This document shows, piece by piece, positions 30,001 to 38,936 of a DNA stretch of 64,000 nucleotides. Each line of letters opens with the position of its first letter. Positions within the stretch are counted from its first letter, which is position 1. Origin of the DNA: Methylophilaceae bacterium (GTDB lineage: Bacteria > Pseudomonadota > Gammaproteobacteria > Burkholderiales > Methylophilaceae). Under the pieces are notes generated by a model that searched no databases, was not told the DNA's origin, and saw nothing but the letters and a program-made list of their open reading frames with translations. Where the stretch lies: NCBI GenBank assembly GCA_038924905.1, contig JBCKUK010000005.1, forward strand, positions 2,266 to 66,265, given 5' to 3'. The translations under genes and the position numbers were made by a program.

Positions 30001-30249
30001 CAACTGGAAACTATTGGACGCTGATTGACAGATATGGCGGCCTCAACACAATTCAAGCAACCCCGGGCAATCAAATGCCAGCCCCTTTGGGGGCAGATGA
30101 ATTGGTAAACACTGATGGTACGACTTTTATAAGCCATACCCCTACACCACAAGGGTCTGTGAACGAATTTGACGACAGTGTTGTTTGGGCTATCGCCAAA
30201 TATCTTATTTAACCGTATGGTCAGTGCTGGTCAGCTTCCGTAGTTAGCT

Positions 30250-30356
30250 ATGAACGACAATCAACTCCTGCGTTACAGCCGTCATATCCTGCTGCCGCAA
30301 ATCGGCTACGAGGGTCAGGATAGGTTAATTCAGAGCCATGCCTTGATAGTTGACGC
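30250..30356 (+). pseudogene. duplicated 5' fragment of moeB (first ~34 codons)
   Basis: About 105 nt nearly identical to 31116-31222 (1 mismatch in the first ~72 nt, about 6 more after). It encodes MNDNQLLRYSRHILLPQIGYEGQDRLIQSHALIV and then diverges. Confidence 0.85.
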
Positions 30357-30430
30357 GGATGTGGCGACTGATTGCATTGATAGCAATAACCCGCTATTAT
30401 GCATGCAATGCAATCAATTGTGAGGATATT

Positions 30431-30676
30431 ATGGCTAGTTTAACTATCCGAAATTTGGATGAATCACTCAAAACAAAATTGCGCTTACAGGCAGCGCAAC
30501 ATGGCTGTTCTATGGAGCAGGAGGTGCGCGAGATATTGCGGTATTCAGTGTCGGTAGCACCCACTAGTGTCGGCTTTGCACACAAAATACGCCAGCGTTT
30601 TGCATCTATTGAGATTGATACTCTGCCAGTGCCTGAGCGCCAGCCAGCGAGAATACCAACCATATTGGAAGAATAA
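30431..30676 (+). CDS. vapB: VapB/FitA-like antitoxin (RHH)
   Basis: MASLTIRNLDESLKTKLRLQAAQHGCSMEQEVREILR is the typical FitA/VapB N-terminus. GAGGAT lies upstream of ATG 30431. TAATG overlap with vapC. Confidence 0.8.
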   Translation: MASLTIRNLDESLKTKLRLQAAQHGCSMEQEVREILRYSVSVAPTSVGFAHKIRQRFASIEIDTLPVPERQPARIPTILEE

Positions 30677-31119
30677 TGTCGCAGGCAATTTTGCTTGATA
30701 CAAATGTGCTGTCAGAGCTGATGCGTCCAGCGCCAACTGAGACAGTTCTAACATGGTTTGATGCACAACAAGAATCTGCCTTCTATACCAGTGCGGTGAC
30801 GCAGGCAGAAATACTACTAGGCATTGCTTTATTGCCAGGCGGTAAACGTCGAGATGCATTGGCATATGCCGCTGACCAGATGTTTAAAGAAGATTTTATC
30901 GAACGGTGTTTAGCATTTGATCAAGCAGCTGCTTATGAATATGCATTGTTAGTAGCTAAGCGCAAAATATGCGGACAACCCATCACAACAGAGGATGCGC
31001 AGATAGCAGCGATTGCTCTGAAGAATCAATTAATACTCGCTACGCGTAACACCAAAGATTTCCAGAATATAGATGGATTATTGCTAATCAACCCTTGGCA
31101 ATCAGTACAAACGGGATGA
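30676..31119 (+). CDS. vapC: VapC/FitB-like PIN-domain toxin
   Basis: AILLDTNVLSEL (first acidic residue), QAEIL, and ILATRNTKDF near the C-terminus. 147 aa. Confidence 0.8.
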   Translation: MSQAILLDTNVLSELMRPAPTETVLTWFDAQQESAFYTSAVTQAEILLGIALLPGGKRRDALAYAADQMFKEDFIERCLAFDQAAAYEYALLVAKRKICGQPITTEDAQIAAIALKNQLILATRNTKDFQNIDGLLLINPWQSVQTG

Positions 31120-31862
31120 ACGACAACCAACTCCTGCGTTACAGCCGTCATATCCTGCTGCCGCAAATCGGCTACGAGGGTCAGGATAAGTTAATCCAGA
31201 GCCACGCCTTGATTGTTGGCGCCGGGGGTTTGGGTTCGCCAGCAGCCTTATACCTGGCGGCTGGTGGCGTGGGTAAGTTGACAATTTGCGATTACGATAA
31301 CGTTGATCTCACTAATCTACAACGCCAGATTGTCCATACCACGCAGTCTGTGGGCTTAAATAAAGCCATCTCCGCACAGCAGACTTTGCAAGCGATAAAC
31401 CCGGAAGTAGTTGTAGAAACAGTGCGCGAAAAATCTACCGAAGAAGCTTTTACCAAATTGATAGCCGACGTGGATGTGGTAGTTGATTGCTCGGATAATT
31501 TTGCGACGCGCTATGCGCTGAATCGTATTTGCGTCAAATTGCGTAAACCCCTGGTATCTGGCGCGGCGATTGGCTTTGACGGCCAAGTAACGGTGTTTGA
31601 TATGCGTAACGATGACAGCCCATGTTATCACTGCCTGTTCCCCGATATGGGCACAGAAGAAGGGCTGCGCTGTGCGGAAAATGGTGTATTTGCTCCGCTG
31701 GTGGGCATGATAGGCACCACGCAAGCCGCCGAGGCCATGAAGTTGTTATTAGGCTTGGGCGACAGTCTGCAAGGACGTTTGCTGTTGCTTGATGCGCAAG
31801 CGATGGAATGGCGGAGCATTAAACTGAACCGTGACCCATCTTGCAAAGTCTGTAGTGGTTAG
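31116..31862 (+). CDS. moeB: molybdopterin-synthase adenylyltransferase (MoeB/ThiF family)
   Basis: RYSRHILLPQIG, GAGGLGSPAALYLAAGGVG, DNVDLTNLQRQ, and CxxC pairs (CYHC, CKVC). I prefer ATG 31116, which overlaps the vapC stop (ATGA). Confidence 0.8.
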   Translation: MNDNQLLRYSRHILLPQIGYEGQDKLIQSHALIVGAGGLGSPAALYLAAGGVGKLTICDYDNVDLTNLQRQIVHTTQSVGLNKAISAQQTLQAINPEVVVETVREKSTEEAFTKLIADVDVVVDCSDNFATRYALNRICVKLRKPLVSGAAIGFDGQVTVFDMRNDDSPCYHCLFPDMGTEEGLRCAENGVFAPLVGMIGTTQAAEAMKLLLGLGDSLQGRLLLLDAQAMEWRSIKLNRDPSCKVCSG

Positions 31863-31867
31863 CGCTA

Positions 31868-31967
31868 ACCCCCACCCAACCCTCCCCCTAGCAAGGGGGA
31901 GGGAGTGGTTTTGGCATCTCCAACACATTCCTTCCCCATTTAAGGGGGAAGGTTAGGATGGGGGTTG
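31868..31967. repeat. REPIN-like pair of inverted GC-rich palindromic units
   Basis: Unit = hairpin CCYTCCCC-N6-GGGGRAGG plus tail TTRGGWTGGGGG. One copy is reversed (31868-31905) and one forward (31929-67). Confidence 0.8.
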
Positions 31968-32312
31968 TTCTCTCACAGCACTATAAATTGTTTCAACGAC
32001 GCCCTTCATATTTTGTAGTACCTCATTATTCCAGAAGCGTAAGACCTTCCAGCCTTGTGCTGTTAGCCATGCTGTGCGCACACTGTCATGTTCCTGTAAT
32101 TCGCTGTGTTGACTTCCATCCACCTCAATTGCCAGCTTTGCATCTATGCATGCAAAGTCGAGGATGTATTTCCCAAATGGATGCTGCCGCCTGAATTTTA
32201 AACCTTGCATCTGTTGCATTCTCAACTGCTGCCACAAATGCATTTCGGCATCGGTCATTTCGCGACGCAATTTACGTGAGAAGATTTTGGTGGATGAGGA
32301 AACTCTTGGCAT
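31953..32312 (-). CDS. DUF559 (Vsr-like) endonuclease-domain protein
   Basis: SRKLRREMTDAEMHLWQQLR, FRRQHPFGKYILDFAC, IEVDGSQH and VLRFWNNEV are the classic DUF559 pattern. The 3' end runs into a repeat unit. Confidence 0.8.
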   Translation of the reverse strand: MPRVSSSTKIFSRKLRREMTDAEMHLWQQLRMQQMQGLKFRRQHPFGKYILDFACIDAKLAIEVDGSQHSELQEHDSVRTAWLTAQGWKVLRFWNNEVLQNMKGVVETIYSAVREQPPS

Positions 32313-32325
32313 TTGTAAAGGCTAC

Positions 32326-32438
32326 ATCCCTATCCTAACCTTCCCCCTGAAAAGGGGAGGGAGCTGCCGGCGAAATTTATAGATTCCACATCTGTTATAT
32401 TCCTTCCCCTTGTTAGGGGGGAGGTTAGGATAGGGGTG
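32326..32438. repeat. second REPIN-like pair of the same units
   Basis: Reversed unit at 32326-32363 and forward unit at 32401-32438 (CCTTCCCC-ttgtta-GGGGGGAGG-TTAGGATAGGGGTG). Confidence 0.8.
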
Positions 32439-32446
32439 AATGATGT

Positions 32447-32923
32447 TTATTTCCCGCCTACCAGCGCCTTCACTGCGCCAATCAAATCCCCTGGTATTAA
32501 TATTATCTTGCTGTTCTCAGACATAGAAATTTTATTCATGGCTTGAATGTAGCGATCGCCAAGCAAAAAGGTGGCCGAGCTGTTGTTCTCTTTTACTGCT
32601 TCGCTAATCAGGCGGATAGATTCAGCAGAGGCTTTGGCCGCCACCTCTTGCGCCTCAGCGTCTTTTCTTGCTGCTTCCAGCCGCGCTTCTGCATTGAGGA
32701 TTAGTGATTGTTTATCACCTTCTGCCCGCGTTACTACCGCCACTCTTTCGCGCTCGGCGGAGGCTTGCAGTTCCATCGCGTGCTGCATATTGGGGGATGG
32801 TTTTATGTCCTGAATTTCAACAGACTTGACAGTAATGCCCCAGTCAGCTGCTTCGTCAGCCACGGTGGTTTTTAGCTCAGCTTTAATGCGGTCGCGCGAG
32901 GTCAAGGCGTGATTTAAATCCAT
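32447..32923 (-). pseudogene. SPFH/band-7 (stomatin/QmcA-like) gene lacking roughly its first 125 codons
   Basis: It begins at the equivalent of ...GxMxLDExLSxRD in the middle of the SPFH domain. The similar frame continues only 9 codons upstream to a TAA. No TM or N-terminal half is present. Confidence 0.6.
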
Positions 32924-32935
32924 GCCGCCGATAAC

Positions 32936-33514
32936 TTGATCGCCAGCCCATTAAGTGGCACATCCTGCATTTTGTTTCGCTATTGGGTCTATACCAAAGG
33001 CAATGATGACAATTGGCAAGAAACGAGTTATGGCGTCAGCCAGACCACTTTTGAGATTAACGACGGCAGTGGCAGGTGTTTTGTTGACCCGGACGATGCA
33101 GAGGTGATTGCTGCGGAGCGGCGCGTCAGTTACGAAGGCCAGTATAAGCATGTGGAAGAATTGCTCTACGGTGGCACAGTATATGTTCTGGGTGAATTTT
33201 CCACGGTAGGCGGCGCTAATTCTGCGTTGGGTATAAAAGAGGATGTCAATGCGCTGCCGGCTGAATGGAAACAGAGCCCCGTGGCTTTGCGCGAGCGCTT
33301 TGATCTGGACAAGAATGGCGAAATTGACTTGCGTGAGTGGGAACTGGCGCGCCGAGCAGCGGTGCGAGAAGTGCAAAAGGAACACCGTGAAATCCGCGCA
33401 GAAAGCAGCACACATGTGATACGGGCACCACGCGACGGCCGATTATTTTTGATCTCAAGTCTATCCCCACAAAAACTTAGAAACAAATATCTGCACTGGA
33501 GTTTTTTTACCTGA
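32936..33514 (+). pseudogene. GIDE-domain-like protein gene, 5'-truncated and probably frameshifted near the 3' end
   Basis: It starts within the SPLSGTSCILFRY motif region. A hydrophobic C-terminal helix (LMIMILAVSAVLWLW...) is readable only in another frame after the T7 run at 33502-33508. Confidence 0.45.
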
Positions 33515-33634
33515 TGATTATGATTTTAGCAGTCAGTGCAGTGCTATGGCTTTGGCAAAGCTGGTATCTTCAAGCGCTATTTGACTGACAGCGCCAGCTT
33601 GCGTGGAACGGGGCTGTGGTAAAATTCTGCCCTT

Positions 33635-36526
33635 ATGAGTACAGATAATTCACCTGCAAAAACGTTAGAAAAGTCTTTCGAACCCAAGAACATAGAAGGT
33701 CGTTGGTATCAGTTTTGGGAAGAGCGTGGCTACTATGCCGCCGGTCTGGATACCAGAAAATCCGACAATTTCTGCATCCTGCTACCACCACCTAACGTTA
33801 CTGGCACATTGCACATGGGGCATGGCTTCAACCAAACCTTGATGGATGCGTTGACGCGCTATCATCGTATGTGCGGTGACAATACCTTATGGCAGCCAGG
33901 TACTGACCACGCCGGCATTGCCACGCAGATAGTTGTTGAGCGCCAGTTGGATGCACAAGGTGTTTCACGCCATGACTTGGGTCGTGAAAAATTTCTGGAG
34001 AAGGTTTGGGAGTGGAAAGAACATTCCGGCTCTACTATCACCCAGCAGATGCGCCGCCTCGGCACTTCGCCTGACTGGAGTCGTGAGCGTTTCACGATGG
34101 ATGCCGGGCTATCCAAAACCGTTACCGAAACCTTTGTAAGACTTTACAACGAAGGCCTGATTTATCGCGGTAAACGTCTTGTTAATTGGGACCCGCAATT
34201 GGGCACGGCCGTATCTGACCTGGAAGTAGTGCAGGAAGAAGAAGACGGTTTTCTCTGGCATATTCGTTATCCACTGGCGGATGGCTCCGGTCATCTGACC
34301 GTTGTTACTACGCGTCCAGAAACCATGCTGGGCGATGTGGCTGTGATGGTACACCCTGAAGATGAGCGTTACACCAAACTCATCGGCAAAACTGTGAAGC
34401 TACCTTTGTGCGACCGCGAAATCCCCATTATTGCCGATGACTATGTAGACCGCAAATTTGGTACCGGCGTAGTCAAGGTAACGCCTGCGCATGACTTTAA
34501 TGACTATGCCGTAGCTCAGCGCCACCAATTGCTCATGATTGGTATTTTGACTTTAGACGGCAATATCAACGACGCTGCACCTAAACAGTATCAAAACCTG
34601 GACCGCTTTGCAGCACGCAAGCAAATCGTTGTTGATCTTGAGGCGCAAGGTTTCCTGGAAAAAACCGAAAAGCACAAACTCAAGGTGCCACGCGGCGATC
34701 GTACTGGTGTTGTTATCGAACCGATGCTTACTGACCAGTGGTTTGTCGCCATGAGCAAGCCTGCCAAGAATTTAGATGGGACAGCAGGCAAGAGCATTAC
34801 GCAAAAAGCGCTCGACGTAGTAGCTTCTGGCGAAATCAAGTTTTACCCGGAAAACTGGGTCAATACCTACAACCAATGGCTGAACAATATTCAGGATTGG
34901 TGTATTTCGCGCCAACTATGGTGGGGGCACCAAGTCCCCGCTTGGTATACAGATTCAGGCAAAGTTTATGTGGCACACGATGAAGCCGAAGCCAAGAAGC
35001 TGGCGGTAAAGGATGGCTATACCGGCAATCTGAAACGTGACGATGATGTGCTGGATACCTGGTATTCCTCCGCGCTGTGGCCATTTTCAACGCTGGGCTG
35101 GACAGGCGATGAAACCAAAGATAAAAATAATCAATTCTTAAAGCAGTATTTGCCCTCCAGCGTGCTGGTTACAGGCTTTGACATCATCTTCTTCTGGGTG
35201 GCGCGCATGGTGATGATGACTACGCACATCACCGGCAAAATCCCGTTCAAGCACGTTTACGTGCACGGCTTGATCCGCGATGCCGAAGGCCAGAAGATGA
35301 GTAAATCCAAGGGCAACGTGCTCGACCCGATAGATTTGATTGACGGCATTTCTGTAGAAGATTTGGTCACCAAGCGAACTACAGGTTTGATGAATCCAAG
35401 GCAGGCGGAAAGCATCGCCAAAAAAACGCGTAAAGAATTCCCCGATGGTATTCCGGCATTTGGTACCGATGCCTTGCGTTTTACTTTCGCTAGTTTGGCG
35501 AGTCCCGGGCGTGACATCAAGTTTGACATGCACCGCTGCGAAGGTTACCGCAATTTTTGCAACAAACTGTGGAACGCCACACGCTTTGTGCTGATGAATT
35601 GTGAAGGCCAGGATTGCGGCCTGGAAGAATGCAGCACCAAGCCGGAAGGATATTTGCACTTCTCGCAGGCCGACCGCTGGATAGTATCGCAACTTCAGCG
35701 CACTGAAGCGGATGTCGAGAAAGCATTTGCAGAATACCGTTTTGACCTAGCCGCAAAAGCGATTTATGAGTTTGTCTGGGACGAGTATTGCGACTGGTAT
35801 TTGGAGCTGGCAAAAGTGCAGCTTAGTTCCCCTCTGCCTTCGGGAGAGGGGCTAGGGGTGAGGGAAGGGGGGGCTTCAAATGAGGCGGAGCAACGCGCTA
35901 CACGCCGTACTTTGCTGCGCGTGCTTGAGACAGTTTTGCGCATGGCGCATCCTGTCATTCCATTCATCACCGAAGAGTTATGGCAAACCATAGGGCCAAT
36001 GTCGGGACGTACGGGGGCTAGCATTATGCTGGAAGCCTATCCCAGAGTGCAGCCGAACAAGATTGATGCAGATGCTGAGGCTTGGGTAACTTTGCTGAAA
36101 GAGGCGGTAGATGCCTGCCGTAGTTTGCGCGGAGAAATGAATATTTCACCAGCAACACGTGTGCCGCTAATAGCTGCAGGAGACGCTGAGACGCTGCAAG
36201 CATATGCCCCACATTTGAAGGCGCTAGCCAAACTGACTGACGTTGAAATCGTGACTGAATTACCAGAGGCCGACGCGCCCGTGGCTTTGGCCGGCGATTT
36301 CAAGCTGATGCTAAAGATCGAGATTGATGTGGCTGCGGAAAAAGAGCGTTTAGGTAAAGAGATTGCGCGCTTGCAAGGTGAAATCGTAAAAGCCGAAAGC
36401 AAGTTGGGTAATGCCAGTTTTGTGGATCGCGCGCCTGCTGCGGTGGTGGCGCAGGAGAAAGAACGATTGGCGGGCTTTAGTGCTACGGTTGAAAAGCTAA
36501 AGGTACAATTGGCAAAACTTAAGTAG
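33635..36526 (+). CDS. valS: valine--tRNA ligase
   Basis: 963 aa with HIGH ([13 protein letters not shown]), KMSKS and a C-terminal coiled coil. Confidence 0.95.
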   Translation: MSTDNSPAKTLEKSFEPKNIEGRWYQFWEERGYYAAGLDTRKSDNFCILLPPPNVTGTLHMGHGFNQTLMDALTRYHRMCGDNTLWQPGTDHAGIATQIVVERQLDAQGVSRHDLGREKFLEKVWEWKEHSGSTITQQMRRLGTSPDWSRERFTMDAGLSKTVTETFVRLYNEGLIYRGKRLVNWDPQLGTAVSDLEVVQEEEDGFLWHIRYPLADGSGHLTVVTTRPETMLGDVAVMVHPEDERYTKLIGKTVKLPLCDREIPIIADDYVDRKFGTGVVKVTPAHDFNDYAVAQRHQLLMIGILTLDGNINDAAPKQYQNLDRFAARKQIVVDLEAQGFLEKTEKHKLKVPRGDRTGVVIEPMLTDQWFVAMSKPAKNLDGTAGKSITQKALDVVASGEIKFYPENWVNTYNQWLNNIQDWCISRQLWWGHQVPAWYTDSGKVYVAHDEAEAKKLAVKDGYTGNLKRDDDVLDTWYSSALWPFSTLGWTGDETKDKNNQFLKQYLPSSVLVTGFDIIFFWVARMVMMTTHITGKIPFKHVYVHGLIRDAEGQKMSKSKGNVLDPIDLIDGISVEDLVTKRTTGLMNPRQAESIAKKTRKEFPDGIPAFGTDALRFTFASLASPGRDIKFDMHRCEGYRNFCNKLWNATRFVLMNCEGQDCGLEECSTKPEGYLHFSQADRWIVSQLQRTEADVEKAFAEYRFDLAAKAIYEFVWDEYCDWYLELAKVQLSSPLPSGEGLGVREGGASNEAEQRATRRTLLRVLETVLRMAHPVIPFITEELWQTIGPMSGRTGASIMLEAYPRVQPNKIDADAEAWVTLLKEAVDACRSLRGEMNISPATRVPLIAAGDAETLQAYAPHLKALAKLTDVEIVTELPEADAPVALAGDFKLMLKIEIDVAAEKERLGKEIARLQGEIVKAESKLGNASFVDRAPAAVVAQEKERLAGFSATVEKLKVQLAKLK
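35827..35873 (+). repeat. REP-like palindromic unit inserted in frame inside valS
   Basis: CCCCTC-tgccttcgg-GAGAGGGG-CTAGGGGTGAGGG encodes [15 protein letters not shown]. The architecture matches the units at 31.9 and 32.4 kb. Confidence 0.7.
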
Positions 36527-36764
36527 CACGCTTTTTTATGTAGAAAATGAATTCCTTCTTTTGCTCATTTTCTTCTTCTGACAGCAATAACAATTCATGA
36601 CCTGTCTGTTTGCAAAAAGCCTGAAAATCTTTCACCGATCCCGGGTCGGTTGCCAGTACCTTGAGCACTTCGCCACTATTAATTTCTGCCAACCCCTTTT
36701 TGCAGCGCAAAATCGGCAGTGGGCAATTGAGGCCGCGCGCATCGAGTTCTTTATTGAATTCCAT
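36519..36764 (-). CDS. TusA/SirA-family sulfurtransferase
   Basis: [17 protein letters not shown] active-site Cys motif. 81 aa. Confidence 0.8.
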   Translation of the reverse strand: MEFNKELDARGLNCPLPILRCKKGLAEINSGEVLKVLATDPGSVKDFQAFCKQTGHELLLLSEEENEQKKEFIFYIKKRAT

Positions 36765-36785
36765 GATGGTTTCCCGGGTTTCAGC

Positions 36786-37110
36786 TTAGCTTTTAATCCT
36801 AAAAGGATAGCCAGCTTTATTCCACGCTAGTACACCACCGCGTAAATTAAATACTTTATCGCGGCCTTTGCTGGCAACGAAGGCTGCGGCCTGCGCTGAG
36901 CGCAACCCGCTGTGACAATAAAAAACCAGAGCCTGGGTCACCATTAAGTGATTCAAATTGGACGGGGAGCAGGGCAAGCGAGATGTGTGTAGCCCCGGGG
37001 ATAATGCCTTTGGCTACTTCGTCGTCGCTTCGGACATCAACCAGCAGCAGTTTCTGCTGGGCCAGCATGTCGAACAACTCACTTGCCTCAAGTTCGTTAT
37101 AGCTAATCAT
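36786..37110 (-). pseudogene. single-domain rhodanese (sulfurtransferase) with a frameshift
   Basis: The N-terminal part (MISYNELEASELFDML...LLLVDVRSDDEVAKGIIPGATHISL...LNGD) and the C-terminal part (ALVFYCHSGLRSAQAAAFVASKG...NLRGGVLAWNKAGYP, active-site CHSGLRS) are in different frames. The switch is near 36935. Confidence 0.7.
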
Positions 37111-37139
37111 GTGGCGGTCACCTATGCTATGCGAAATCT

Positions 37140-37184
<45 letters not shown>

Positions 37185-37520
37185 CACAAGGCAGCACCGA
37201 CGCTATGATAGCGTGAGTTGAAGATTTCTAAAAGATTTTCCAGCATCTAGCTTTCTAAATTTACAAAACCGAACTACTTTGCCGAAACATTTCTGGTGAA
37301 TTCCTATGTTGAATTTGCTGAGATCGAACAAACTCAAGGCTGCTGGCATGGCATAGTGCCGAACCTGACCGAAATGAAACCGAACTTTGAATCGCCTGAA
37401 ATAAATTCATAGGGGATGGGTGGGGTAGCAAAAGTTTTAAAAGGCTGCCAAGTGTGTACTGCAAAAATCACTTACTAATCTAAAGTAAGATAATGGTCAA
37501 ATGGTCCGCTTGGCAATCAG

Positions 37521-37814
37521 TCAGTAGGTATAACTCAAGGCGGATGTGACGGCATCAGGCGCACGCTTAATCACATTGAGCAACACCAGTGATGCACCTT
37601 GTGGTGTGCGATCTCCACGCTCCCAGTGACGTAATGTCGCCACAGAAAAACCAAACCTTGCAGCAAATTGTTCTTGTGTCATACCCATATGTCGGCGTAG
37701 CTCAGACACATCCACTTCTTCTGGCTTGAACACTTTCACTGCAATCTTTTCACCTTTTGCGTGAGCAATAGCTTCATTCAATCCACGTGCGATACTATCA
37801 AATGCTTGTCCCAT
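37521..37814 (-). CDS. higA: HTH (XRE-type) antitoxin, HigA-like
   Basis: MGMTQEQFAARFGFSVATLRHWERGDRTPQG is the HTH. It starts 3 nt after the stop of the toxin remnant. Confidence 0.75.
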   Translation of the reverse strand: MGQAFDSIARGLNEAIAHAKGEKIAVKVFKPEEVDVSELRRHMGMTQEQFAARFGFSVATLRHWERGDRTPQGASLVLLNVIKRAPDAVTSALSYTY

Positions 37815-37817
37815 ACT

Positions 37818-38157
37818 TTACCTCTCTGTCCATGTGGTAACTAAAATATCTACTAATTTCGCCAAGTCATTGCGCTCGGCCTTGCTCAAGTTTGCCTGCT
37901 CTTTCTCATGCCATCCTTTATAACATTTTAGGTGTTATCTAGGACAGCCCCTAAATTATTCTTACACCACCACTCTTACCACGCCCACCTTTACCCCAGC
38001 GCAATTTCCGAATACCGCCAGTGCCTTCAATTAGGTCGCCAGCTTTGGGATGCGCGGCCAAATAATTCAAGATATCTTGGCGCTCAATCCCACTCAAGTG
38101 CTTTTCGACTTCACGTATGTATTCAGGCACTTCAGCAATCGTAATCATTGTTGACAA
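37818..38157 (-). pseudogene. higB: RelE/HigB-type toxin gene disrupted by stops and a frameshift
   Basis: The N-terminal part ...GTGGIRKLRWGKGGRGKSGGVRII ends at a TAG. The C-terminal part ...YKGWHEKEQANLSKAERNDLAKLVDIL is in another frame at 37818-37934. Confidence 0.7.
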
Positions 38158-38472
38158 TTATAATCCAATGGATTAGTTTCAGGGGGAAGTTTTTTACTTC
38201 ATCGGTAAGCTGGGTCTTTACAATTGTTGCCCGCTGAGATTCACACAGGAGACTGCACAGCGATGATCGAAGAAATTAGACAAGACGAATGCTATCATTG
38301 ATGGTTGTATCTAATTCATGGCAAAAAGAGCCTGGGATTGTTGAATTGATATTGTCGCATCCAGCAAGCATTACTGCGCCCAAAACAATTAAAGCAGTAT
38401 TTATTTTACACCCTGAGTTTTGTATGAGAGAGTAAATCAGAGAACTACTCGCAGCGATAGTTTAATTTGCGC

Positions 38473-38643
38473 CAAGCCTATCGCAACATAATGGCGTGTT
38501 TTCCAGCGCGGGATGGGGGTAGCCAACACCCCGCCCCAATCGCTTAGCTATGGATCACCGTGAATCCGAGGTGGGCGAATTTTGCGGCACCGTTCCCTGA
38601 AATTTCACAATTCACCCTCCGAAAATTACCGTGCAATTTTACT
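38473..38643 (+). repeat. direct repeat copy A (~170 bp, noncoding)
   Basis: Aligns with 39425-39587. The core CCCAATCGCTT..ATGGA.CACCGTGAATCCGAG.TGGGCGAATTTTGCGGCACCGTTCCCTGAAATTTCAC is nearly identical, with 4- and 6-nt indels. Confidence 0.85.
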
Positions 38644-38936
38644 GCGCTGCCTCTTGGTGATTTTCAGCAGCAGGAAGAGTTAGCAGCCGTCAGCATGGTA
38701 GATGTACTCAAATGACTGTAGCGCTGCGAAACCCTTGTGTCTGCATTATTGTTGTCGCTAATTGTCCAGTAGCCAACACGATTATGCAAGGACTCCATAC
38801 GCACTAAATGAGCTTTAAATAAAGAACCAAAAAAAGATTGTTGTCTAAATAAAATATGTTTATGATAAATGAAACAGACAGGTCTGTTCATAATTTTCTA
38901 GAGTTTTAATTTGAAGTGATTCTTTCGGAGAAGAAA

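Noticed and set aside
30250-30424. The duplicated moeB start as a functional small gene (MNDNQLL...IVDADVATDCIDSNNPLLCMQCNQL).
   Set aside because: After codon 34 it diverges into unrelated sequence and stops. It is best explained as the displaced target fragment.
36519-36526. 8-nt overlap of the convergent valS and tusA-like stop regions.
   Set aside because: It is a real feature of the sequence but trivial. No structure or function is implied.
38276-38420. Minus-strand lipoprotein-like peptide (KINTALIVLGAVMLAGCDNINST...).
   Set aside because: It has a convincing lipobox, but I found no ATG, GTG or TTG start in frame after the upstream stop. It is probably a dead remnant.
38664-38891. 75-aa minus-strand ORF upstream of the NTF2-like gene.
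   Set aside because: No RBS, odd composition, and it overlaps the likely promoter region. No motif.
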